NCBI RefSeq assembly: GCF_902459465.1
Contig: NC_047082.1
Coordinates: forward strand, 7,006,001-7,070,000
Length of the DNA: 64,000 nt
DNA from: Asterias rubens
Lineage: Eukaryota
Direction: 5' to 3'
Under the pieces are notes generated by a model. It made no database searches. It saw only the letters and a program-made list of their open reading frames with translations, and had not been told where the DNA came from. The translations under genes were made by a program, and so were the position numbers. Positions 13,322 to 26,160 of the stretch are shown piece by piece. Numbering within the stretch: position 1 is the stretch's first letter; each line of letters opens with the position of its first letter.

Positions 13322-14221
13322 TTAAGCAATATTTTCTATGGTTAGCAAGTTTTTGTGCTAACAGCAAAATTCTCTGTGGGGTACTACTCTAAAGCAAACC
13401 ATGTGGGGTAGCGTTGGTCCGTTGTTAAAAGTACCAAAGTATAAGGGCACACACACTAAACAATAAAAGACCTTGCCTAGAGAGGGGTTGCGTCTATGTG
13501 TGTATACGTGTATGAGAAACCTGCCCAATATAGCTAAAAAATTCACTAGCAAGCTGATGTGACACGCAAAAGTTAACTTCTCTTTTTCTCTGTTATTTTA
13601 TGCATATGTTGAGATAAACCAACTGTGATGACTATTCTTTGACAATTACCAATAGTGTCCACTGTCTTTAAGTTTTGTAGTAAAATAGTTGTTTGCCACT
13701 GTACGTCACATTACTTAAACCAAATCTGGATAATTTCCTTTTATATTACAATATGTTTACACCGATTAAACTAAACTATAAAGCTGCTTATATTTCTTTA
13801 ACTTACACTTGCTAGTAAATGGAAATTAAATGTGAGAAGAGCCTAGTTTTTACACAACATGCTTGAAGAGCCAAAAGATCATACCCCTCCATTTAAGGTA
13901 ATAAATTAATATTTGTGTGTATTTCACAACAACTTGGACATCTGACTGAGTGACTTATTATACAATCTGATTATTTACATGCCCAGCTATTGTCTAGATT
14001 TGTTTGAGTTGTTAAAGAGGGGCTATACAGAATGCTCTGAAATAATTATTTAGTTATTGCATTTTCTAATAGATTGAGTCCGTATACGAAATTTTTTTTA
14101 GTATTACCTCACGTTAAAACATGGTAAAAATGGGTTTTCTCCGAAAAACTTTAAGCAAAAATTCTGAAAAACGAGATGTCAAACAAAATCGCGCGACAAA
14201 GGACTCGCGACGTTATCGGCG

Positions 14222-14290
14222 GCTATTTGATGTGAAAAAGAGCGCCCTCAATTGGCGCTATTTGATGTGAAAAAGAGCGCCCTCAATTGG
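14222..14290. repeat. 35-bp tandem duplication
   Basis: gctatttgatgtgaaaaagagcgccctcaattgg occurs twice in tandem. Confidence 0.9.
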
Positions 14291-14538
14291 CCAAAGCTGG
14301 AGTACTGTGCACAAACCCTATTGGGAAATTACGCCGATGACCTCAAGGGGTCATTGCATATCATTATCATAGATAAGCAGTTTTTGACTCTCGGCTGAAA
14401 AAGCCTTGCGGAGAGGTGCATTTTTGATTATTAATTATTACTAAATGCAAATTTTAAGCGTAATATGGTTATGAACCAGTTTCTACGAAAACAAAGATAG
14501 TAGTTAAAATATTGATATTATCTTGTAACCCCTGTTTT

Positions 14539-14885
14539 ACACGGTAATTGATTTATCACACTAAAACTAAAAAGTTGAATCTTTTGCATAAGTTCGGTGA
14601 GTGACTAAACTTTGAAAGTGTTTGGACCTACCGTTTTGTTTGTTAAATCTATCATTTTAATTTTTTTATCCAACGCAAAAAGGGTTAATTCAGCAATTTA
14701 AGTGTTATTTCAACATTTCTCAAAAAATCATTTGAATTGTTGGATATATCAGCTTTTTACATTAAACTGGCACTTAAATGGTTGACTGAATTTAACATAT
14801 AAATAGCTGAATTCAACACTATCAAAGTGTAGTCACTCACCGAATTCATGCAAGTGTTGGATTCAACTCTTTAGTTTTCAAGTGT
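14539..14885. mobile_element. MITE with long imperfect TIRs
   Basis: acactaaaactaaaaagttgaatc...ttcggtgagtgacta is mirrored by tagtcactcaccgaa...gattcaactctttagttttcaagtgt. Confidence 0.65.
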
Positions 14886-15336
14886 ACCATGATTAGCTTG
14901 AAAAATAACATAATTAGCTAAACTTCTGAATTTTATTTTTAAAATAAATAAAGTAGACCTATGTGTATTTCCTAAAATTATACTTGCACTTAAAAATTTC
15001 TTCATTACATGGCCAGTTATTATCTACAACTGTTAAAGTCCAATGGTTACCCAATAATTGATTGCTTACCCTATAATTAGCTAAATGCTTAGGGGTGTGG
15101 AAAAATTTGATGATAAATTGTCTGAAAACTGTAGACCAAAAATACTTTCCTTACTCGCTCGTATTTTAGCCAAAACAAGAGAAACCTTTTTTGATTTACC
15201 CTCAAACGCCCGATTGAATACCGCTTTGTGGCCCTATTGGCAATGGTACTTCTTTATACAACGCATAATCAAATACTTTTCGTGACATCGTTTGTGCAGA
15301 AGTGTACGGAAAGCATGACATAGGGACTAGATTATC

Positions 15337-18300
15337 TTATGGTTTGGCTCTTATTTTCATCTCTGTGGTTTTGAGTGAGTAGGACATTCCCTTCCAGGCA
15401 TTCCAAATGATTCCATTACCGTATCCTGTGTTGGGCACTTGATGGTACTCCCCGTTAAGATTCGAAGTGAGGCAGTTATCGTACCACCACCCGCCACGGT
15501 GTTGTTCGGCACAGTTGCTGTACGACCGGCCATCGTTGTCAAAGTCTCTAGTAGAGAACTGAAGGTTATTGTGATAGTTCAATGAGTCGCCTGAAAAAGA
15601 AACAAAATAATTGATTTATGTTTTTTTTTACAAGATACACAGGGGCAACAATAATGGTTAATTATGTTGATGTTGAATTCATAAACAAATACGTATTTGC
15701 TTACTGACATTCAAAATGTTTGCCGATATTATTATACTTGTTTGTTTGTTTGGTTGTCAGTTTGTTTGTCTGTCTGTGGGATGGTTGCTTGTATTTGTTG
15801 ATGGTATTTTTCCTTCAAGATCTGCGTAAATCGATCTTACTTATAGGGTGCTTTCTTCCCATTGCTCCTTGATTAACCGAATACATATTTTATGATGCAT
15901 CAAACTGTTTTCATTGTACTCTGCTAAGATTGTTTCATCATTTCAAAACAACCAAGTTCCCTACTCACACCAAGCCAAACAGCGTACCAAATGTCAACCA
16001 CTTACCGTCCTTCTGAAACAGTAAACAATCCTGTAGGATCGTTGCTACAAACTTCTTAAACAGGGGTTCATATCACCTCTTGCTGTAATCATAAGGTGCG
16101 TTTGTTTAGATTCCCTGGGTCTACCTCGCGGTGCTCACTCGGGTGAGCCCCTGACAAGAAAGAGCTAAACGAACGATCACTCACCGCTCTCGTAGTGACG
16201 TCGTTTACCTTGGGCCAGCCCCCAAGTGACCCACTGCACAAGCAGGGCACTGGGGGCTGACCAAAGATTATAGAGCGCCTTCGGAATGCACCCATAATAT
16301 CCCCAACACTTGTAGGCTTGGAATTATATTCTTTTTGGTATAAAGCTGATGGTTTTATCGACTGGTTAAATCCATTTGAAAGAAATTGCTTAAACCCGAA
16401 ACCATCAAACGCTCTTTTCAAACTAACTGTTCATACAAGTGTCTAATTTGTGGTAGTGACACAGATTTGTTACCTGTGGTTGATGTTGGACTGAAACTTT
16501 CTACAGTAAGCCTGTACTTGTCACTCTCATTGGCAATGCTGAATGATTCATAGACAGCAAAGGCAGTATTGCTTTCGAAATCGGACAGATCAATGCGGAG
16601 TTCCCACACGCCCTGAGCGGTCAGATTGTGTACGTTGGTGTTACCGAGCCAAAACTCCCCATTGAGATCCCCAAAGCCATGGCTGTAGTCGGCAAAGTCC
16701 CGGTAGAAATCAACACTGCCGTCCTGACGACGCTGAAAAACCTATAAGAAACATATATAATTTAGAGAAATAATCGTCATAAGTAAGATCATAATAATTG
16801 TTCTATTGATGAATATTGTGGTAATTTTCTTACCGTCCATCCACCTCCGTCTGTCTCCATATCGCAGTACACCGTCAAAGGCTCACCGGAATCAAGTGGT
16901 TTGATCGTGTACACACCACTCTCAGTCACACCCTCTGCGAGAATGTCAGCACAATCGGTTGGTGTCCTCATCAAACTTCCTGTTTTGTAAAAAAAACAAA
17001 AACAAAAACATACATCGATCTTAATTGAAAACAAACGGGTACTTCAGGTATTACGAAGATGAAAACTACAAAAAGTAATAACAAAATCATAAAATACTAT
17101 CAACACTTCCTAGAAGGGAAGCATTGTCATTTAAATTATGTTTAGTTTTGAACCGCAAATGACTCGGTCAAACAATTTAAATTTTTGTTGTATATGTATG
17201 TATTGTTATATTATGTTTGTAGTTTGTTCCTGTGAAACAAGAAACAACTCTTTTTTTAGTGTGTCTGAAGTTTAACTTGTGTCGACTTTGTCAAACCTAT
17301 ATAAGAATAAACTCACTTGGGCAGTTGAGCCAGTGTTTGATCTCTTTGAGGTCGTTACTTCGCAGATAGTTGTCGTAGTAAGTCACGTTGAATAGTCTTT
17401 GAGGTGTGTGCGTTGACAATCCCCCGAGCTTCACCCTTGTGCACTTGCAGGGGTCTTCGACCGGAATCACCCAGCGGTACCTGTGGTTAGAGTTTGGGTT
17501 CGGTTCTTGGCCCATGGTGCACACAATTGCTGTAATTGATGAAACAGTTTATCAAGACATTGTTTAAGAAAGCGTCGTCAAAAAGTATCTATCTCCCTCC
17601 TTTGGTCAGTGTTGGTTAGATCGTTAGGCAGGCATGCACTGTTTTCAACATGCACTGCTAAATACGATTGGGATGTAGGCCAAAAGTAATAAATATTCGT
17701 CTTACTAATCGTTTGTTTGTTTGTGGGGGTGTTTGTTTGTTTGTTTGTTTGTGTGATTGTTTTTTTGTTTTTTTTTTGGAGGGGGCGGGGCTCGAAAAGT
17801 GGTATAGGTTTAACAAACCCTAATAAAACAATGGTTTAAAAATAAAGGACCATATATTCAAAAGGGAAACAAAAACTGCTTCTGGTAACGAAATGATTTC
17901 GAGGGAACAAAACACTAGTTCGAGAGAACGAGATAGTATTTCGAGGGAATGAAATTAAATTTCGGGGAAACTAAATAATGCTTGTACGGTACATATTCAA
18001 TGTTTATTAACCTGTCCTTTTAGGAGCACCGTACCCAGGTGGGTGGTTATACGTTAAAACAGTAGCACTATTCTCTGCCAACCATACAACCTTATGAATG
18101 CAAAGAGATGTTGCTTAAAAAGAACAAGTGTATTTATATTTTGCGAAAAATATTTTTCACAGACCAAAAATGTATTCATCTGCTGGAGAAAGTTTAAGGA
18201 TCGTTATCCGGATTAAGCTGTCAGTTTTACAAACAGGTTTGACTCAAACAGGTTTCAGTTCAAACCTCGGTTTGGCTATCCGATGTTTATCCAGTCCCTT

Positions 18301-21300
18301 TTCTTTGGAACTCTGCTGGCAAGTCAGTCCGCAGCATACTAATATTCTTTTCTTTTATCTGAAAATTATTCATCGGTCTTCGTGCGTGACCTCTGCATGA
18401 ATATTATTTAATTAGTCAAAAGGGCTACTGAAATTCTGTCATTTTCGGCCTTTTCTTAAAAGTCTCAATCAAAAGTCTCAACCAAAAGTCTCTGTACCAG
18501 TAAATTGAAACGAGGAGCATATGAAAATAATCGGTGCAACTCAAATACTTAAAAGAGAAATTTGTATGTCTAAAAGGGCTTAAAAAAGTGGAAGAAAAAA
18601 AAAATTGTCCCGTTATGAATTTCGGCGACAGTCCCCAAATAGTACGAGCTGCATCTCGGGGTTTAGACAGGCTCGTTTGTTATTGACTAACGCTGGCTTG
18701 GCGGTCAGGGCACAATACCCACGAAGAACAGCAGGCTGCCATATCAATCGATGATGTCATCGTCGACCATTCACCGTGCAGGAAAACCATGCTGTCTATT
18801 TTATGGTTGCTTTTTTCGTAAGAGGAGTTTTGGACTACTGGTGGAAATCGCTGTATCCTGACTGGACTAGCTACGATCCGGTCTCACTTTTAACATTTCC
18901 AGGAAGAATTTAAAATAATCTATCCATGTATACTATTTGGGGACTGTTGGCGACATTGTATTCTACTTTTAAAACATCTTTCCAATCATATGTATTTTAT
19001 AACAAACGGTTACAAACGCATTTTTTAGAAAAACTCGTCCGATCCAAGGCAACGTGTTCCTTTAAGCTTAATGTTATGGTCACTTGAAGTGCTGTTTGCT
19101 GCGTAAGTTTAACCTCTGGTCGTTTCAGAATAAAGAAACATTACATATTAGTTTTTCTACAAAACATGTTGCTGGCCGTGTAATCCATCATAATGTATTA
19201 ACCGACAAATCTGTAGAAGTTTGACATCGATCGGACATCTATGGGTCAAGAGAAAATATTGAAAAAAAAAACCCGATGACACATCGATTTAAAAAACTCA
19301 CTGATACCAACGGAAAATTTGTTTTATTTTTTTCTCATCAAATTGACATTTAAGAAAAACATATTTAAGGGATGTTTTCTATTATTAGTATTATTAAATC
19401 GTGTTTTTTTGCAAATCTGCGATCTTCACGTTTTTTTCCCCTGCCAATTAGGTAATGTTCCTTTAAAGTTTAAATTTGTATTCATAGAGGCGCTTACGAA
19501 GGACTTTTGTGAAACTTGACAATTTTGCTTAGAGTAACACTGATCGAATTTTTTTTTTATCAGTGTTTGATCAGTTAAACATTTTCTTTTTCGCCCAAAC
19601 CGAATAGGATTCTCAATGTGAGACGTGTCATCGGTTTGTTGTTCTGGTGCGCCTAAGTAGCCACAATATCAGTTTCCTAACAAAAGACGGTGCGGTACCT
19701 ATGGAAACAGTGTTTTTCTGTTGTGTGGAGAACCTTGACCAAAATAAATAACTCGCTGTTTTCACTTGCGATCTGCGGCGCAATCAATTACACGGTTTTT
19801 GCAAACCCGTCCTTCGTTGCATCTTGCATTATTTCAAGGTTGTAGGCCTTTACATGTTAAATCCATTCATAGCTTGAAGATTAACTGGACATTCCTGGAG
19901 TTTGTCAATATTTGAATTGGGGGCGGCTCTTTTAAGATATGAAGACTAAATACAATTGCACTGTTGTTTTCAAGGAGTTTAAAGGGCGGCTCACACTATG
20001 ACGAATGGGGGGGGGGGGGGGGTACGGCAAGTCTCGTTAAGCTGCGAATTGCAATTTTGAATTTGCCGCCACCGTCATTTTTCGCTGACGAATCCGCTAG
20101 CAACCGCAGTTCAGCATGTGGCGGCAAAAAGTCGTTTTGATTCCGTTCAGATTTCATTCGAGAACGTAACCCTCATTTCTTGACGCAGACGGCCGCAATT
20201 ATCAGTCGCTTGACGATTTCATGCCGTGCGATTCGTCTCTAGTCGTTTTGAGGTCGTCACAATTTCTTAGGTAGTCGTTGTCTGAGTGGATGACCAGTTC
20301 GTTGTGAAGAGTGGGAACGCCAAACTCAATTATTTATACCACCCGCACACACACAGTCCGCTGTCGGCCGTTGAGTCACGTCATCGTCGCCGCAACCCAC
20401 CGATAGCCGCCGTTCCTTGCCGCCAGCCAATCCGCTGCCCACCGTCAGACCTCGTTCCTTGTTGCCGGGCTCCGTCGAGACGTTGTCACTCGCCGCCTAG
20501 AAAACGTCAGACTTTGTTCCCTGCCGCAGCCATTCGGAACATTCATTATCGGTTATATTGTGCATTGTATTATAGTTGGTATCACTGACTTGCTCAAACA
20601 TTTAACATTATTTTTTTTCATTTATTTCTAAATGAGTCCAATGTCTACTCCTGGTGATCCCGGTTTTGATTTTGAAGCGTTTGATTCAGTGTTTGATGCC
20701 AACAATAATAACCAATACCAGCATTCATGCAACTACTTTACGGAGTCCACTCTTACTTCATCCTTTAATCTTAATGACTCCTCGTTATTTTCTTTCGTAC
20801 ACATGAATATCAGAAGTCTTCCCAAACATTTCGATGAGATGATTAATTATTTTGATTCCCTCCATTCGGACTTCTCGGTGGTTGGTCTCTCCGAAACATG
20901 GCTTAAACAGCCCGATATGCCCTTTAATACATACTCCATACCAGGGTACCATCTTGAGACCAACTGCAGAGGGGGTAGGATGGGGGTGGTGTTGCCCTTT
21001 ATGTTTCTACCGATCTCCAGTATTCTATACGTCAAGACTTAACTCTTTCCACTGCATCATTTGAGTCTGTTTTTATAGAAATTAATCACTCTAAATGTAA
21101 AAATATTATCGTTGGCGTCATCTATAAACCTCCCTCAGCATTATTCAATGATTTTATGATCACTTACCAGCATTTTTTAGATCTTGTTACATCTGATAAC
21201 AAATCATGTCTTATTTCCGGTGATTTCAATATTAATGTCCTTGCCACTGATTCTAACAATCAATCACAGGAATTTGTAGATGCTAATATTTCCCATTCCT

Positions 21301-24300
21301 TTTTACCACTGATCAATAAACCCACTAGAGTCACCGCCACCTCAGCCACTCTTATTGACAATATTTTTACCAATGTTATGCCCCCTCCAAACTCAGGTAT
21401 TCTTGTTTGTGACATTTCAGACCACTTTCCAATTTTAACTTCTTTTCCATTTATCCCTCCTACCAATTCTACTTCCTCAAATTATTTTCGTAAACACTCC
21501 ATCGACAATATACGTCGTCTTGAAAATGATCTGAAGTCTGTGGATTGGACTACGGTTTTCAGGTGTGAGGATCCCAACGTGGCTTTTAATAACTTCATGC
21601 ACAATTTTAGCCATCTTTATGAAAAAAAATCCCTCTCATTAAATTGAAACATTGCAACAGAAAATCCCAACCCAGGTCCAAATGGATTACCTCCAGTCTT
21701 CTTAAATCCATAAATTACAAACACAAGCTTTATCGAAAATTCCTGCGTTCTCCGTCCGAAGCAAATCGTCTTATTTTCACAAAATATAAAAATTCTCTCA
21801 CTACTATTTTACGTTCTGCTAAACAAGCTTATTTCTCCAATCAATTTGAGAAGGAAAAAAATAATACTAGAAATACCTGGAAGGTTATCAACAGTGTTCT
21901 TAAAAACAATACTTCCATTTGCATTTCTAGTATAAATGTGAATGATCAGAGTATTAACAATTCCCTTCTTATTGCAGAGCATTATAATGATTTCTTTGTT
22001 AATATTGGACCCACTCTTGCCGATAAAATTCCTAATTGCAACTCAACCTTCCATGATTTCTTTGACAACCCGATTCCCCACTCTGTGTTTTTTAATCCAA
22101 TTACTGAAAATGAACTGTTGTCAATTGTCCTAAATTTACCTAATAAGAAGAGCTCTGGTCATGATTCAATCAATTGTCCCCTCATCAAAGAGGTAATTCA
22201 GGTTATTTCCAAGCCTTTAGTTTATATAATGAATTTATCATTATCCTCTGGTATAGTCCCGGATTCCATGAAAATTGCTCGGGTTACACCCATCCATAAG
22301 AATGGAGATCGCCATCTGGTTAATAATTATCGTCCAATCTCGATCCTTACTTCCTTTTCAAAAATACTTGAGCGTACTGTTTATATTCGTACTTCTCTTT
22401 TTTTGCAAAAACACAACATTCTTTCCAATTCACAATTTGGTTTTAGAGAGAAACATTCCACCACTCACGCAATCCTCAAACTAATCGATAGAATAAGGGC
22501 TGATCGTGATCAGTCTTTACATGCAATGGGAATTTTCCTGGACCTCTCCAAGGCTTTTGATACCATTAAACATTCCATTCTCTTGTCCAAACTTTCCTTT
22601 TATGGCATTCGAGGTATTGCTTTGGAGTGGTTCAGGAATTATCTGTCCAACCGCAAACAATTTGTGTGTATTGACGGCAAAGAGTCCTCTCTCAAATCAT
22701 TACATTTGCGGCATACCACACGGATCCCTATTAGCCCCTCTTCTTTTCTCGTTGTATATCAATGATTTTCCTAAATCTTCGGATAAGTTCTCCTTTATTC
22801 TTTTGCTGACGACTCAAATTTATTTTGTTCCCATAGAAGTGTCGACACACTCATTTACATTGTGAATCGGGAGTTGGTACATATTTCAAATTGGATAAAG
22901 GCCAACAAACTCTCTATTAATATCAAGAAAACCAATTTCATGCTATTTGGTCCTTTTGTTAATAATCTACCATGTGATATATTTTTTGATAATGTACCTA
23001 TCCTTCGAACCAACTGTATTAAATTCCTTGGTTTATATATTGATGACAAACTTTCTTGGAATTTTCATATCAATTATATATGTAAATTGATTTCCAGAAA
23101 CATAGGAATGATCAGCAAACTCTCATATTTTTTTCCATCTGAAATATTATATAATATTTATTCTGCTTTAACTTTGCCTTATATCTCCTATGGCGTTCTT
23201 GCCTGGGGTAAATCGAGTGCTTATCTTTTAAATCGTATTACTATTTTACAAAACAGAGCCCTCAGAATTATTAATTGTGTCGGGTTTCGTGCTCATTCAA
23301 ACCCATTATTTCTTAAACATAGAACTCTTAAAGTATCTGATATTTATTTACATCAGCTTGGAATATTTATGCATCAGTTTATTTCCAATAACTTACCAAA
23401 TTCCTTTCAGAATATGTTTGTGTTTCTCAAATACATTCTTATCAAACTAGACATTCACACGATTTTCATATCCCCTTTTGATCCTCATCTAGATCTATGA
23501 ATTGTGTCTCTTTCCAAGGCCCGAAGTATTGGAATTCCCTTGATGACTCTTTAAAAAAATGCAAGGGTACCTACATGTTCAAGAGAAAACTCAAATGTGT
23601 TCTCTTAGATAATTACCATGATTGAATAGTATTATTTTCCCTTACGTATATATTACTATAGTTAACTGCTTTTGTTATATATTATTTTTGATACAGCTTT
23701 TACCACTTTTTTTACTTTTCTCTGTATATCCACCATATAGAGAACCACTGTCTTTGTGTTTGTTTGTCCAGTACGTGCAAATCCACCAATCAGATGCTCG
23801 AACTATACTAGGGGGATAAAACATATAATAGAGCTATATATGTCAATATATATAGCTCTTTGAAACATATATACTACTTCCTCTGTTTTTTATCCTTCTT
23901 CCTGTTTCTATTACGCAGTGCGTTATGTGAGTGTCAATGCGTCACGCACCGTATAATACGGACAGTGCAAAAATTACATTTTGGTCACGAATTATGACGT
24001 CGTGCATAAATATAAAGAGAGCCGTATAATAACACCTTATATTATACATCAGATGTTTCATTCCTTTAATTTAAGTCCCACAAAATATACTGTAACACAA
24101 AAAAAAACCTATTTCAAAGGAACTTCACACCAGCCGTAAAATAGCGTCACTTTCGTTTCATACTGGTACAACCAATGTATTGTCACATTTCGAGAAGTTT
24201 ATTAAGCTATAAAATCCACTCCTCTAATGAAGTATCTCGCTTCAACCATACGAATAGGTGGTTTTTAAAAGAAAAAAGATCGAACAAAAAGATAGAATAA

Positions 24301-24382
24301 TATAAATTGTCTTACCTTCAGAAATTTCCGACGAAAAGGAAAAAGCAACAAGTACGACCAGCGGCACTATGAACTGCGCCAT
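15337..24382 (-). CDS. Secreted fibrinogen-related protein (FReD; ficolin/tenascin-like FBG domain), about 315 aa, 5 exons
   Basis: Exons 24316-24382, 17317-17529, 16834-16979, 16474-16741 and 15337-15590. All introns are GT-AG with consistent phases; total 948 nt with no internal stop. FBG motifs: [60 protein letters not shown]. Confidence 0.9.
18624..18952. mobile_element. MITE in FReD intron 1
   Basis: TIRs cggcgacagtccccaaatagta / tactatttggggactgttggcg. Confidence 0.65.
20537..23900 (+). mobile_element. Near-complete ORF2 of a CR1/L2-clade LINE (APE endonuclease + RT), frameshifted; antisense within FReD intron 1
   Basis: EN motifs HMNIRSL, GLSETWL, SGDFNIN, TLIDNIF, SDHFPI. RT motifs [25 protein letters not shown], and FADD (ttttgctgacgac, about 22800-22813). 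Several frameshifts. The 3' boundary is approximate; a 12-bp-stem hairpin lies at 23830-23859. Confidence 0.95.
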
Positions 24383-25415
24383 TTTAAGATGTTGGTCGAC
24401 ACTGCAGCTATACACCAAATGGAAAGCACAGTGGCTCGGCGCAACACCTTTGTACACAAGACACACTTTGCCAATACGCCAATGATGTGACCTCGGGCGA
24501 TAATTTGTTTTTCTTTGAGCAACGCCCAATGGAGATTATAATAAAAAACAATAAAGCGCCTTGGTCAGTTAAAGTTCGGAAAATTATTTTCCTTGAACAT
24601 CCAAGGCTCATCGGAACATAAACTCTGCCAATAAATATTGCATTTGGAGCATAATTGTTTTAATTTCAATTTTGAATCCCCAACACGTTTATATGTATTT
24701 TTACACAATTATTATTCTCTTAACGGCAAAATAACTTAACAAGAAAACGTTTTTATTGTTGTTTTTAAATGGTATTTTAGATCAGCATTCTCTTTGCGGC
24801 AAAATAACTGAACAAGAAAATGTTTTCAAATGTTTTTTTTTAAGTGTATTTTAATTGCTAACTAGTTATAGGGCCTACTAATCAAGCTCTAGATCGTGTG
24901 GTTCAAACTCAGTTGCTTCTGAATAATATATACCCCAGTGAGCAATGTACTGTTTTGCCTGCTTCAAAGCATTACTAGTAACCATTAATAATTAAATAAA
25001 TAAATAAAAATACAAATCATACATATATTTTAAAACACAATTATTGTTCTTTACAATCAAAGCATGCTGCCAACTTATCATAAATTATCATATTCACCTC
25101 AAGCATTCTAATACAAAACACCTTGTAAAGCGTGGCGTACCAATTTAGAGTTGCTTTCATTGTACACCGGCAGAGTTTGAGTTTACGGTCAGCGCGTTTC
25201 TTATTGCAATTACTTACATCATATTATTTATAGACTTTCTCTCCAGAAATAGCACGACCATTATAGTTCAACACGTAATAATCGTTCTGCATATAGGCCT
25301 ATCCGTTGAATTTTCGAAACATATTCTTGAAAACTAGAACTATCAAATTTGTTTGATAGTTTAATATCATTCTAGCGTTTTTATATGAACGAGCAGACAC
25401 ACAATACGACTTTAA

Positions 25416-25762
25416 AGGAACACGTTACCTTGGATCGGACGAATTGGTCTATCAAATGCGTTTATAACCGTTTGTTATAAAATGCATATGGATAGAAAAA
25501 TGTTGTAAAAGTAGAATACAATGATACACACAAATATCCTTCGAAATTGCGTGTTTTTCCTTTATCGTCGACGACTCCCATAAATGGCCGACCGTGTTTC
25601 TTCGCGACTCAAACGTAAAACCGTGAAATTCCGAGGCATGTTCATGTGTGGATCATTATATTCTACTTTTAATATTATCTATTTAACCATATGCATTTCA
25701 TAACAAACGGTTTCAAACGCTTTTCAAAGACCAACTCGACCGTTCCAAGGCAACGTCTCCCT
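25416..25762. mobile_element. Kolobok-like MITE family C (AGGAACACGTT termini, TTAA TSD)
   Basis: TIRs with TTAA flanks. The copy A homologue from about 5509 is interrupted and truncated. Confidence 0.8.
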
Positions 25763-25931
25763 TTAAACATGTCATTGTAAACAACCACACCCAGTGTTCT
25801 TCGTTAAACCATGGAGGAAGGAAGAGAAGGAGTTCGAAAGACGGGACTTCAAAAGTCGAACCCGTGGTACCGCGGTCGTTTAACGACACCTCGTAATCAC
25901 CCACATACCTTACACAAACAATGGGCGACCA

Positions 25932-26160
25932 GGGCCCAATTTTATGGCTCTGCTTACCGTAAGCACAGAATCGGCGCTTACGGAAGCAGGGAATTCTGTG
26001 CTTACGGCAAGCGTGTTTCACGGGTTAGCGGCGAATTTGGGCTTCTGCGCGTGCGTACTTCACGTTACTAGGCATTCTACGCTTACAAGGCTCTTGCACG
26101 TAAGCGGGGAATCGCGATCGTAAGCGCAGAATTCGGCGGTAAGCAGAGCCATTAAATTGG
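25932..26160. mobile_element. Harbinger-like MITE (GGGCCCAATTTATGGCTCTGCTTACCG termini)
   Basis: Inverted termini; absent from copy A. A related right end lies at about 36085-36128. Confidence 0.65.

Noticed and set aside
7669-18389. 11-bp direct repeat TTCGTGCGTGA at 7669-7679 and 18379-18389, resembling a TSD around a 10.7-kb gene-carrying insertion
   Set aside because: Diverged homology continues upstream of 18379 (18300-18378 resembles 7580-7668), so the motif is part of a longer paralogous block rather than a target-site duplication.
20007-20022. G16 run where the paralog has G5
   Set aside because: Homopolymer slippage or a sequencing artefact; no further signal.
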